From Ptychomitrium polyphyllum (Eukaryota), in the NCBI GenBank assembly GCA_973851085.1, contig OZ316775.1:17856001-17920000 (forward strand): a stretch of DNA of 64,000 nt, written 5' to 3'. Both the position numbers and the translations under genes were made by a program. Positions within the stretch are counted from its first letter, which is position 1. Each line of letters opens with the position of its first letter. The notes beneath the pieces are model-generated. The model searched no databases. It saw only the letters and a list, made by a program, of their open reading frames with translations, and was not told the DNA's origin. This document shows positions 41,998-55,325 of the stretch, one piece after another.

Positions 41998-43468
41998 TTT
42001 CGCAGCCGTCTTCTGCCCAAAAGTAAGGGTGTAAAGCTCCCCTCCCGCTTCTCATAGCTCCATGAATACCAACCTGTTGCTACCACCACCACTTAGCTTG
42101 AAGTAGTGGTCTTGTTCTTTTCTAAGACCCCTGGCTATCTAATCATACGATAGCCACCACACAGTCACACCAAATGTGTTGCTTCAACTTAATGCACCAT
42201 AGCCTGGCGAATGCGGCTTCACCCCCTACCTCGCTCCGTCAGAACTCACAGCCTACAACTAACTTAATTTCACTGGTGAGGAAAAGTGAGTGCCTCCTAC
42301 AACTGACCTAAACCCAAACTCCTGTACCCCGTTACGCCGCTAATTCCTTCAACCGAATCGAAGGAACATGATCTCCTCGGCAAGCCAGTAATCGTTGCAG
42401 CAAGCCAGAAACTTGTGACGTCCTGCAATCGTTACACACAAGCCCCAGAATTGGGAAAAAAATTCAAACGACGACCAACCTCTCACACTCACTCACTCAC
42501 TCACTCCAGCTTCAACACGACTCATTACTCCGACCCAACTACAGGTGAACCGCCTTCGACCGACACACACAAACCACTAAACAAACAATTCAAAGCAAAA
42601 GCTACAAACATACTCAAAGGTGCCAGATTGGGAACAGAGAAGAGCTCTCACAAGCTGACAGTATGAGAAAATTATGCGAGCGTGGCCCAGTTGAGCCGAT
42701 CTGGTGAGCAAAATGATAATCAGAACGAGGAAACAGGGCAGCGAGAGGAATTGAAAGGATTCAATGTCTCAGATTGGCAGAATGGAGGTCCTGCAGGTGA
42801 AGGAAAAACGACAGCTTCCGTGCAAGTGATAAGTCTGACTGATGTTGTGCTCGCGGATCATACGATGATGTTTTTCTCGGTTCTCTGCACTAATCTCACT
42901 CCAGACGAAAGCTGGGAATGTCTTCGCTCAGGGTTCGCCCGTGAATCGTGATGCCGCGACCTCCCACGGCCTTGGGGCTCGTTTCTTTTCTGTTTTCCAT
43001 TCTTCTGGCTATCATGAGTATTTCTTCTAGGCTATTTCTACCAACCAAGTTACTCCTACATTTCTAAACGTTTGGGATGTTGATTCTCATTTTCACAAGT
43101 ATCAGCAGGCGTCATAAACCGTAGCTGTCATTAGCTGTTTTCTGAAATGCGGATGTGGTGATGTGAATTCTTTCCATTAAATTTTGAAACAGAAAAGACT
43201 CCACTCAACATAACAGTTTACTCTTTCCACAAAGCATTTTCATCTTTTATTATAATTAGATGCCGATCCCATTTTCATGACGAGAAGTGTCATCACCTGG
43301 CATAGCATAGCAGTTTTACAATCATCTGATTAGAGTGTGATTCAGTTATTTGCTGAAATGCTTATAGATGTGATGATCCGTGAATTTGACGGAGTCGAAG
43401 TTTTCATGATGGGAAAGGCATCAAGGAACTGAAAGAAGGCTTATTCACTAAGTGATATTACAGCTTAC

Positions 43469-44400
43469 CTCTTGAGTCAAACCTCAGGGAAATCGAATAA
43501 AGGAAAGGATGAAAGAAAGAAACAAAGAAAGAAAGAAAGAAAGAAGGAGGTTTATCCTTGGAACTGGAGTGTGGTACCACGCTTCCACCAACCAGGCAAC
43601 GGGGGTGAGCCCCATGACCAGCCAACCGTAACATCTGGAGCCCTTGACTGGCCCTGGAAAGCAGTTGAAAGCTGGAGATGCAATTTGCAAGTAGGATGGA
43701 GCGTTCCGGAAAGCAGGCTGTTGCCACTGGAGTCCCGTGCAAGTTGCAGCTGCATTTGATGTGCATCGCCCCACCACTTTCACATTATAAAATTACTATA
43801 AATCTCCCCACCATGCTTTGCTTTATTCCTACATTAATGCGGCATCTGATCTCATTTCTTTACGAAGTTACCTCAGTGGCAGGGACTGTAGACTGGAGTT
43901 TTCTACGCCTCTACGAAGCTAGGGAATCCGTCCGACTTGTAAACACTAATCTCTTAAACATCTTCATTTTCACTGGATCCTGTGACATTATAACTCCGAA
44001 GTGCTCCTGAAAGTTCGCACATGGTTTTGTGTCTAGTCTTTCTAATCTCAGATGGTATCCCGTTTTTTCTCTTCTTTTCCTCCATTGTAGTCCAATTGGA
44101 GTGCAGTACGGTTTTTCTTTTACTCTTTCTCTTGTTCCAGAACGAGGTGTAATCTTGAATTGTCGATACCGTTGCATCGCCCTTTCAGCTCACGAGGCAG
44201 GAGACTTTCTGCAATATAAAGCCTTTTTGTCGATGAGCCCACATTGAAGTTACTCACTCCACATGACAACAAGTGAAACCCTCTCCATGAACCAGAATCT
44301 CTGGAAAAGCACGACTCCATCAGCATGATAAAAAAATTCCACAACTGAAGTTGATAGGGTGGCCGGGTCACCACTGAGTATGGTCATGGAAAAGGTCCTC
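43469..44400 (-). other. Putative spliced non-coding exons upstream of the DOG1-ankyrin gene
   Basis: Donors GTGAGT (44257), GTAACT (43871) and GTAAGC (43468); acceptors TTTCAG (44007) and ATGCAG (43750); the middle exon has stops in all three frames. Confidence 0.35.
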
Positions 44401-44849
44401 ATGCAACATAATATTATTCTTTACAATGGTCAAGAGTATAGTAGGGACTCAGATGGAGCTGCAACTTGCGCCTGGCCAGGCAACGTGCGGCGATCTAGCA
44501 CAGCAACATGCTGCATGCTTTGGGCCCGGCCTGGCCTGATTTCCACAAAGCTTTAACCCCCCTCAAATGTCCAAAAACTTCCTTTTTAAGGAGTTCCATT
44601 GTCATGCGTTCTAAATTATGATGTCTAACCATTTATGATGTCTAACCATTTATTCGAAAAGATAATGCAGGCTAATGTCCATCATTCACGTATCAGATGT
44701 AACATGTTTTAAAGAATTTTAATTATATTTATGAAATAAGATAAATATAGGTGTTATTTTAGAACTTATTTAAATTATAACTAAAATGGCCAAAAAAATA
44801 TTTTTGCTCTAAATTTTATATTTCAATGCGCTCATTTTTCTCCAAAAAC

Positions 44850-45600
44850 CATTGTTGGGCAATGTAAAGAGATAAATTGCTTGGCACATCTACACATATG
44901 CTAGTACCTTGATAAAAAAGGAATTGCATTGAGTATCATTCATGTTGTAAGTATTGATATTGATGTTTTCACAAGAAATAGGTTGTTAGCAATTAAGGAC
45001 TACTTACCTCTTATAGGTTATTTATTAGATTCTAGTCTCTTATACTTCTTTCTTATAAGCAAAGTTGCTCACAAACATCAACATATAGGATGTCACCTAC
45101 TTTAGCTTTGAAGTTGCCATTGACAATGTCTTTTCTTTATATACCCGTCCTCCCTTCTATATCCATATTTATTTGCAAAGACTTTATTGATACTTAAAAG
45201 CACCATTTTCAAAGGTTTCATTAATAACAACAACATTTTATGCACGTCAATTATAAAGCAAGACGATATGATATGTTTTTGCAAGATTTGCAATACTTTC
45301 AATTCAACATGGATAATAAATTTGCCACCACCTTCAACATCCTCATTTTATGAAGCCTTAAGCTTCATTTCATCATTAATAAGGCAAAAAATCATCTTAA
45401 TTAACTTCTTGTTGGATCAAACTTTTGATAATTTGTTCAAATTGATTTTGAATAGGGATGTTTAATAAATTTAGTTACTTATCTAATTTCTTCATAAATA
45501 TGTCATATTAATATTTATACCAATATCATGAGCATTGTGATTGAAAAATCCTTTTGCATCATTCCAACCATCACAACAAAGCTCACAACTTTTGTGCACT
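44850..45600 (-). mobile_element. Possible very decayed hAT-type transposase remnant
   Basis: Minus strand reads CELCCDGWND at ~45555-45590, resembling the DGW motif of hAT transposases; the rest is too degenerate to read. Confidence 0.3.
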
Positions 45601-45869
45601 ATAAGCTATGAAATTAGCACATTATGATTTTTTTTCTTAAAAATTGTTTAAAAGTAATATTTGTAGATAGAATTAGACCTAATTAGTGCAAAAGGGCCAA
45701 ATTAAGAGTGTAGTTGATATTTGAAGAGATCTGAGTGTAATTTGGACAAATGCTCATGGCCTATAATGGTTAAGTCCAATAAATAGAGAGAATCAAAGAA
45801 AGAAGAACAAGTTTTCAAAATTAGACAAATAGGAAGTGAGGTAATTAGGTAAGGAGTTGTTACTGATTG

Positions 45870-46210
45870 AAATAATAGCTAAAATTAAAAATAATAGCTA
45901 AAATTAAAAATAATAGCTAAAGCTAAGGAATGATAGCTAAATTTAAGATAGTAGGTAAAAATATAATAGTAGTTAAATTAAACTAGCTGCTAAAATTTAG
46001 AAAATAGCCAAAATTAGAAAGGCAATTAAATTTGTAATAGCTGTCAAAATCTAGATTAGTTAAATTTAAAATATTTAGCTATATTTAAACTAGTAGCTAA
46101 AATATAAGAACATAGCTAAATTTAGAATAATAGCTACATTTAAATCAATAGCTAAAATCTAGAAAATCGGCTAAATTTAGATCAAAGGCTAAATTTTGAT
46201 TAGTAGCTAC
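45870..46210 (+). repeat. Degenerate ~19-bp tandem array (aatagctaaaattaaaaat), probably inside an old LTR
   Basis: The tagctaaa core recurs at roughly regular spacing; the first copies are exact. Confidence 0.75.
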
Positions 46211-47754
46211 ATTTAGGAGTAAGTCAAAGTATAGATTAGGATCAAGTGGCCCAGAAATTTTAGCAACCAATGGAAATGGATTAATGTAGTAAGGTTCCTT
46301 ATAAAATGGAAAGTAAGGAAACAAAGAAGGGAGAGTTTTTGTTGAAAAAGCAAAGAGAGTTAGGTTTTTAAGTTAGATTTTGAAATTAGGTTTTTAAGTT
46401 AAATTTTGAAATTAAATTTTGAAGTTAGAATCTAAAGTTAGGGTTTGAAGTTAAGTATTTAAAGTTAGTTTTTCTCAAATAGGTTTGAGAATTAGTCAAC
46501 ACAATTAGTTTTTAGCAAATAGGAGTTGATTATGAGCAAAGAAGTGATTATGTATTTAGCAAGGAAAGTTAATCTTGGAGCAAGAAAGGGGCAATAATTA
46601 AGGCTCGAATTTGGGGCTGTCAGTCCTTCATTGTATAAAAGTAGGAACTGAAATTTGAATGGTTGGTAGAAAAAGTTATAAGCATTCCAACAACCTAGAA
46701 AATGTTCAATTTGCAAAAGCATGGAAGAAATACCGGCTGTTTGCAGTAAAAGTATCCTTTAGTCGGGCAATCTTGTAAGCCCAACTTTGGCAAGGCAGAT
46801 TTTAGTGGTTACAAATTCAATTGCTACAATATTCAATTGTGTTGAAGCTACTTGAAGTCTAGTTTTTTTTTAAATCTCAGATTTAGAGATTTGAACCATG
46901 GAAACAATAGCGGCAGTCAATTTAATATTGGGAGGTCTGTTGCCCTTTAGAATGAAGTGCAACTTGAAGGTTGAGATCGGGAAGACCTAAGTTAGATAAA
47001 TAGTATGTACTTCAAGAATAAATTTGGTCATATGCTATTGAATTACATTATAATTGATGCTGTAACATCAATTTTAGAGTAAATATAGAGCATTTTATCC
47101 AATTAGGAGGTTAGATTCAACTAGGCAATTTTCAATTGAATTATAACGCGACATAAGAAATTACATATAGAAGTAGGTGTGAGCTAAAGAATTAGTTCGA
47201 TTGGTCAATTTTCATTAATTGTTAATTTTTAGCATTAATTGCTAGGAAATAGACTTATATTAATATTAATTAGAGTTATTCTAGTGATTAACTAAGTTTA
47301 AGGATGGTTAGGCTAATTAAGTCTATGAAAAATATCTAAAAAACCGTAGAAGATGCTATTTATGGCAAAGAAATGAATTAGTGGTTAGACTTAATTAGTA
47401 ATTTAGAATGACTAATCACTAAGGATTATGGTTAAATTAACGAGTTGAACAAAGAAGGTCTAGAGGAATTTCCTCCAACTAAAAGAACTAAAGAATACTT
47501 GCTATAATTAAGTGCAAACAAAGTACAAAAAAAAAAAAAAAAAGACATTGCAAGTAGTTACAAGCAAGTCAATGATAGGCTACAAAAAGTTAGTAACAAG
47601 TTAGTATGTAATTAGTAGAAACTTAGATGAGTTAGTTGAAATCACTTGTAAGTAGGTTGTAACATAAATTAAGTTAGTATAACCATGCAAGTTAATACTA
47701 GGAGTTAAAAATGGTTGAGGTTGATTAGAAATCCACCTTGTCATAGAGATAAGG

Positions 47755-48241
47755 CAGCTTAATTTAAAATTAGGTGCTGGAGTTCAAAAGTTAAGGCATA
47801 ATGCTAAAACATAAAAAGGTGGTTGAAGGAGAAGGAGAAGAGAAGTTGAAGAAGAGAGTGAAGGTAAAAGTAAGAAATGCCAAAACTTTGACAAGAGATT
47901 GCAAACAAATGGCAATAGTTATGATAATAGGTTTTTGAAAGAAGGGAGTAGAAAAAATAAGAACTTTAAGGTTTGCCCAATTCCAATAAGACAGAAGGCA
48001 ATGGTGGCCTTTTTAGTGGAATAAGAGTGGTTGCCGTCGCAGTTCAAGATATTTAACTTTGGAGGAGCGAATCATTGCGCATACAATTGCAAACAGAGCA
48101 AGAATTGTTGGAGAGGGTATATCAAGTTTTGAAGACTCTATATATATATCAAAAATTCAAGATTTGGAGCTATAAGGCATTGGTGGCCTCCGATTTGGTG
48201 TGATAAGGTCTAAAGACGGCGATTTCATTGTGCCTACTTAG
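47755..48241. repeat. Old repeat, left half, split by copy 3; continues at 55928-56365
   Basis: The joined halves match the uninterrupted copy at 10340-11265. Confidence 0.78.
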
Positions 48242-48618
48242 TATTAAGGACATAAAAAACAAGAAGTAGAAACGAAGTGTTTCCCAAGAATTAACTTCCA
48301 AAGAGCTAATGATTAACAAGAACTTGATACAAAGACTAAAACAAGGCAGGATTCAAGATGATCCACAACTTGTGTTGCCAAGACTAAGGAAAACCTTGTC
48401 TTGCCTCCTATTTATACTATGACGCTTTTATCTCCTATGATACTTCTAAAGAAGCTTCCTACAAGGCTTAAAAATGTTCTACAAGTCTAAGGAACCTTCC
48501 AAAAAAATTTCCTAAGATCTTGAAACCTTCCTAAGAAACTTCTAAGGAGTTGGAATCTTCTTTGCAAGTTTCCTAAGGTAGCAGTACCTTCTTAGAAAGT
48601 TTCCTATAGAGGTAAAAC

Positions 48619-49760
48619 TGTCGCGCACCTCTCCTTGAGGAGTGCCCGCAACACTAAGGGCACAAGGGGGACCCCGGAGTGACGTCCGGGACTTGTGGCG
48701 CCAATAGTGAGGAGAACCGAGTGGGCCTAGCATAGAAAGGACCTCTAGAGGGAGAAACATCCTTGCCCATGTAGACCAAGGGCCACGAGGGATAGATCAG
48801 GAGCATTAGAGGAATCACGAAGAGCTGATTCTAGAATGCTAAGGATTGCCCAAATCGGACACGGGAGCTAAAAGTTATGGCATCCCAAAGTTGGGGTTGC
48901 CAAGGGGCTGTTTTGGAGTGTGGCAGCCCTACCAGTGCCTGTGTTGGAGTGGAACAGTCCAAAGAGAGACTCCCTGGGAGTCCCAAACCTTGGGAGAGGC
49001 GTATCTCCCACAATACTAACTCAAACCGGACGTTTGAGGAGTCTATCGGCATCTACGCGAAGAGTAGATGACGATAGAAAGGGTTGCTTGATACATTCGG
49101 GCACCGGATAAGGAAGATATGGTGCCCTGAAGGTCCCCTGGGAGTCCCGGAGGCTTCCAGCGGCTAAGTCCCAAGGAAGATCGGGTGGTCTTCCAAAACT
49201 CTAAGTGTGTCGAGGTTCAGCCAGCTCCAGAGGGCCAAGGGCTTGCCGAATCCCACAGAGAGTACTATAAGGGAAGGCTGGTCCCCCTCTCCACTCCCCT
49301 AGTGTCCCGGTAGAGACCAAGAATGAGTCCCGGTTGAGGGAGCTAGTGTTGGGGCTTCACCACGGGGACTCCCACACCATTGTGAGCCGGTGGACGGCTG
49401 GTTTCACAAAGGGAACTAGCACGTTCAAAAGGGTACCCTTGTTACCACTAGATTGATATAGTGTCTTCACGCCGGCATCATGATGGCTCGGGGTGATCTT
49501 AGGATCACATGGGTATCATGAGTGGTGGTGCGGAGACACCACTAAGTGCAGTTAGGCCGTGTGGAATGGAAGTAACACCAAGGGGGCCTTGGTTATGAAT
49601 AGAAGTCCGCACCTAACCATTGACTACTAATAAATTGGGTGTTCTAAGAGAAATGGTAGAAAGACTTGGAAAGTAAGAATGGGGGTTAACCATGTGCATG
49701 TGGGATGTACAGGATAGATGCGCGTAACGCTTGTTAAGGTGCATTACAAGGGTTGCGACA
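48619..49760 (+). mobile_element. Family-B solo LTR (1142 bp) inside the 3' LTR of copy 3
   Basis: tgtcgc...gcgaca terminal inverted repeat; perfect TSD AAAAC. Confidence 0.94.
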
Positions 49761-52700
49761 AAAACCTTCCTTGGAAATTTCCTAAAGTGGAGGAACTTTC
49801 CTTGGAAGCTTCCTAAGAACATGGAAAGAGTATGGAGACATCTCAAAGTATTCTAAGAAGCTATTATAGTATACTAGAAGGTTCTAGAAGGTTCTAGAAT
49901 GTTCTAAGGACTATGTTGCATGATCTGTGTCCGTGCCATCACCTCCCCATTTAGCAACGAGTCCCATGAAGAGCTCTTTTCTTGGCTTGCTTGTCACATT
50001 TCTACAAATTCCAAATTTGTCAAAGGAATGAAGTAGCATACTCTGCTCGTTGTTCTTTGTCTACTGATTCAATTAGTCCTTGCAAGAAGCGCGGATGGCC
50101 ATCAGCCAAGACTTCTGTTGTTGAAATGTCTCATCCCAAGATCTGATCTTGATTAAGTCCTTCAAAACATCCTCCAAACAAGATTTTGGATCTTCCTGGA
50201 GTAACTTTTCCAATTTCTAACAAGATGACTAGAGCGTGAGCATCTAAATCAAGACTGGAATGTGAAGGGCAACTAGTCAATACTTCTGCACGAGGTTGTA
50301 CTTGACGTTGGGATGTCCCTCCCATATCTTGACTTAGATCCTCCGTTACCAAGGGCTGAGAAAGTTGAGTTGGCTCAACAAATACTGTTGTTGATGAAGG
50401 CATGGCCGATTGCTCTTCACGCATATCCATGATAACACGAAGATTTGACATACAGGCTAGGATCTGGAAATGATCTATCTTGGAAATAATGCTGCATACA
50501 ATTAGAGGTTTGAATATCTCTCCTCCCTTCTTATACTTGTCTATGAAGGAAAAACTTCTCTGTGAAGCTAACGGCTGCTAATGACACATCATCACTGACC
50601 TGGTTTCTGAGGATATCTTTGATGAAATTTGCGTACCTTCTCGGATGCATTTGTTACATTCCTTGAAGGTTCCCATGTTTGGTCATTGATGCCATATCCT
50701 TGCTAATGTATAAGGTACTCCACACGTCCGTTTTTGATGCGTGAATCTAAGATCTCTTCTACTTCATATTCAATTTCATTGTTGATTTCCAGCAGAGGAG
50801 GCGGAGAGACAATTCTCTCTGGTATACATGATTTGTTATAGATTTCCAACAACGATACATGGAATACTGGATGAATTTGCATGCTTGGTGGTAGCTTTAG
50901 GCGATAACTAACCAGATTTATTTGTACGCTAATTTCAAATGGTCCCAGCCTTTGATAGTCCTACTTCTTTGATGGTCTTCTTGTCTGTATAATTCGTCGT
51001 AGAAGCCATACGCTATCTCCAACCTTGAACTTTGGATGGTCTTTTTGATGGCGATCTACATAAGTTTTGTAACGATCTTGAGCTTGTTGTAACTAGAAGG
51101 TAATTTCTTGATGGATTTTAGCAAGTTGAATTGCAAAATCTTCTGCTGCAAGACTTCCAACATGCTTCACTTGAAATGGATTTGTTCCAGGATGATGGCC
51201 ATAGTTTGCAAATAATGGACTTTGAGTTGTTGAAGAATGCACCATATTGTTATAAGCAAATTCTGCCAAAGCCAAAAGATCCATCCAGTTGTCTTGCTGG
51301 TAATTTATGCTACAACAAAGGTACTGTTCCAAAATTTGATTTACACATTTGGTTTGGCCATCAATTTGCGGATGGTGTGCTGAAGAAAGATTGGTCTTTA
51401 TATGCAACAGCTGGAATAGAACTTTTAAAAGTTGGAAATGAACTGCGGCCCTCAATCGGATACAATATCATCTGATAGTCCATGTATGCGATAAACGTGA
51501 TTTATGAACAACTTGGCAGTTTCTTCTCTCGTTACCGTCTTGCTGCATGGAATGAAATGTGCCATTTTGGTAAATCGATCCACCACTACCAAAATAGAAT
51601 CCTTAGAATCGGAGTTTGGAAGGTCTGTGATAAAATCCATTGATAAAAACAACCATGGGTCTTTTGGCACTAGAAGCGGATGGATGAGACCATGAGGTTG
51701 GTGCCTTGGTATCTTGGCTCTTGCACAAGTGTCGCATGATCAAACAAAGTCCTTTACGTACTTCCACATTTGTGACCACCAATAGTCTCTAGCAATCAAC
51801 TCCATTGTTTTATTGAATCCAAAATGTCTTGTTGTTGGAAAATCATGACGTGCTTGAAGGATCTTCAACCGCAAAGGGCCTGGAGGTAGGTATAAAAGTC
51901 CTTTATAATAAAATAGGCCCTCTTGGAATTCAAAGTCCTCATCGCTATATAAAGGACCTCCATTGTCTTTGAGGCGCTTCTTTATATTTGAAACAAAGAC
52001 GTCATTCTTCAAAGCCTTCCAAATTTTGTCAAGATAGGATGTTGTTGTAATAATGGCTGTTTTCAATTGAAGATTCTCTGGCTTCAATAAAATAGTCCTT
52101 TGTTGATTCAAAACATCATTTCCAGGTTGAGGAGCTAAATAGGATCTTTGTGATAAGGCATCTGGCTTACCTTGCAAGCTACCAGATTGATAGGTAATGA
52201 CAAAGTCAAATCTGGAAAGCGACATACTCCACCTTGCTTGACGGCGATTCAAAATGCGCACACTCATGAAATACTCCAAGTTCTTGTGGTCTGTACATAT
52301 CGTGATGGTATGTTGAGCTCCTTCCAATAAGTGTCTCCATTCTTCAAACGCATCCACAATTGCAAGTAGTTCTTTATCATGTATATCATAGTTGATCTCT
52401 GCCGTTGAAAACTTCCTTGAACAAAAGGCAAGAGGGTGAAGTCTTCCGTCTTCATCATATTCTGAGAGTACTAAGCCAAGCGCAAAATCTAAGGCATCCG
52501 CTTCCAAATAAAAAGGCTTCAATGGATTTGGATGAATAAGAATTGGAGCCGACGTGAATAACTTCTTAAGACTTTGAAATGCATTTTCAGCCTCTTCATC
52601 CCAAATGAATTTTTGCTTCCCCGTAAGACGTGTTAATGGTGCTGCAATCTTGGAATAATTCTTGATGAATATTCTATAGAAGTTTGCAAATCCCAAGAAG

Positions 52701-55311
52701 CATTGAACATCTCGAATTGATCTTGGCGTACTCCACTCCATGACAGTGCTTATTTTCTTTTTATCCATATGGATTCTTCCTTTGGAAATGATGTAGCCTA
52801 AAAATTCAACCGAGGACTCATGGAAAAAGCACTTCTCCAATTTGGCATATAATCCTCGCTGGCGTAATTTTTCTAAGCCCAGTCGCACATGACATTTGTG
52901 GTCTTGTTCATCCTTTGAATATATCAAAATATCATCTAAATAGATGACTATAAAATCATCCAGATGTTCAAAGAAGATATCATTCATCATATGTTGAAAG
53001 ACTGCAAGAGCATTAGTAAGGCCAAAAGGCTTGACATTGTATTCGAGATGACCATACCTAGATCAAAAAGCTGTCTTCCATTCGTCTCATTCTTTGATGC
53101 GTACAAGATTGTAGGCTCCTCTAAGATCAGTTTTGGTGAATATCTTTGCTTGGCCAAGTTGTTGTAGGAGTCCTGAGATTAATAGTAATGGATAGCAATT
53201 CTTTTTTGTTACTTTATTGAGGCCTTGATAGTCCACGCACATACATAATGATCCATCTTTCTTCTTTATAAATAGAATGGGTGCTCCAGCAAGTAATTTA
53301 GAATGTTGAATGAAATCCTTTTCAAGGTTTTCATCAATATATTCTCTCAAGGCAGCCAACTCAGTTTGTGATAAGTTATAAATAGGTCCAAAAGGTGGTT
53401 GGGCTCCTGCAACTCAATGGTACAATTGTAAGGCTGGGGCTTTGGTAACATGTCTGCATTCTTCTTTTTAAAAACGTCTTTATAATCTTGATATTAACGA
53501 GGTATATTTCTATTAGTCTCTATTGTAGAGCTTGACATTGGCGTGGCATAAATGGCATAGATTGGTTCATCTTCTGCCGCTCTCATAAATGCCTTACCTC
53601 CAATAAATGATGGTCCAAGATTTTTTGTACCTTGGCGTCTTTTCCTTAAGACCACATTTCGTGAGCGCCAGTCAATGTCTGGATTATGTAATTCAAACCA
53701 AGGAAGGCCCAAAACAATAAGATTCATTTGGCATTGAATGATGTTAAAGACAATCTTAGATGCCTGGTCTCCTAAAACAACCTCCAAGGGTTGAGTTTCT
53801 TCAATAACGTTGCCAAACGCAAGACATCGTCCATCAATAACTTCAACAAGTGCGGGGTATTTTTCCTTCACAAGCACCATGTGATGTTTGGTTGCAAAAT
53901 CCTTATCCATAAAACATGTTGTTGCACCAGTGTCTAAAAGAGCTCACTCATTATTTCATCATCTAACAATTTTATTTTAATAGGAAATATAAAACAAGAA
54001 GTAGGGCTTGAAGGTAATAAGAGACTTTAATTTGATGGTGGTTTCTTTGTTGTGTCCAGTCGCATGGTTTCTATTGTGACTGGACAGCCTCGTTTTCCAA
54101 CTCCACTATTGTGCTTTGAGCCTTAAAGGCAGATCCTTTGATTTGGCAATCGCGCACTTTATGTCCAAACTTGCCACAATACAAACATAGATTTTCTCTT
54201 CGACGCCTTTTTTTTTCTTTTGGAGTCGAACGCCTGAACTGGGCAGCATCAAAATGCATAGGTTCTGGTCCTTGTGGTCGATTATCCAATATTATTGAAG
54301 AAGTAGTAGCCATGCTTTGATGTACTGGTCGCCATCCCAAGCATTGTTCTTGGCGCCTCTCAAATAGTCTATTGTCACATGCTATTGCTTGAGTGATGAA
54401 TTTGTCTAATGTTTCAACTCTTGGCATTGTAAGTAGCAAGTCCTTTACATCCTCTCTTAAGCCCCATCAAAATTGTGTGACCAAGGCTTTATCAATCCAA
54501 TTAAGGTCGCAAATTAATTGTCAAAACTCTGCAGCATATGTAGCAACTGAGCGCTGTCCTTGTTGGAGACTCTGGATCCTTGTTTCAGCCACCCTTTCTC
54601 GGTCGGTGTCTCCAAAAGTAGATGTCAATGCTTCTATAAAAACATCTAAGTTGTTCAATAATGGTGACTGCTTCTCTATTAGTAGTGCAATCCACGATAG
54701 TGCATTGTTTGATAAAAGAGTGGCCACAAATCCCACTTGAGTTGTGCCATCAGGATAGCGAGATTGATGCAAACTAAGGAAGAGTCTTACTTGTTGAGCA
54801 AAGCTTCTCAATTTTGATCTTGATCCATCGAACTTATCTGGCATGTTAATCTTTGGATCTGCGTGGATTCAATGTAAGCCCCCCTTTCAATATTGGCCTC
54901 TTGCAATCGAACAACTTCTTGATATAGGCTTTGAATATCACCATTGGATTCTTCAGCTTGCCGAGTATGTTGCTCCAAATTGTTGGTGGTATTAAAACGG
55001 GCGAGTTCCGTTCAAACTGTGTTTAATAACTCTTGAAGGTCTGTAATAGTTGCAAACCTATTCTCTGATGTTCCAGGCACGTTATCCATTTCTTAAGACT
55101 CTCAAAGACAAAAAGACTATGAGTACCTTCAAAGGAGGAAAATCCACATCCTTTAAAAGAAGTTATACTTGATTCTAGAAGGAGAAACCAACTCTATGGT
55201 GCCAGCTTTGAGGAGGGTAATCCGCAACCTCTAAGACGCTATGGAATCCTAAAGAAGATGGGTAATCTACAATTTTCTTCAAAGAACCTTAGCTCTTACA
55301 GAGATGAAAAG

Positions 55312-55323
55312 TAGTCTTGCCAA
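55312..55323 (-). promoter_or_regulatory. Primer-binding site TTGGCAAGACTA, complementary to the element's own R region
   Basis: Lies 2 nt inside the 5' LTR boundary; exact reverse complement of LTR positions 55459-55470; the same site is at 28682-28693 in copy 2. Confidence 0.75.
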
Positions 55324-55325
55324 AC

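Noticed and set aside
43472..43783. Overlapping ORFs or a miRNA hairpin near the (GAAA)n microsatellite
   Set aside because: No recognisable protein, no long stem, and no miRNA sequence that I recognise
45870..46210. Repeat arrays as CRISPR-like or telomeric sequence
   Set aside because: No unique spacers and no TTTAGGG array; these are ordinary degenerate tandem repeats in eukaryotic DNA
5195..48241. Completed inversion between inverted copies 1 and 3
   Set aside because: Copy 3 retains matching CTTAG TSDs and its split host repeat is collinear, so no net crossover occurred
49960..50470. Antisense frame of the family-A 3' region containing KKRGWP, an AT-hook-like motif if W was R
   Set aside because: Many stops, no start codon, and the motif is not retained in copy 2
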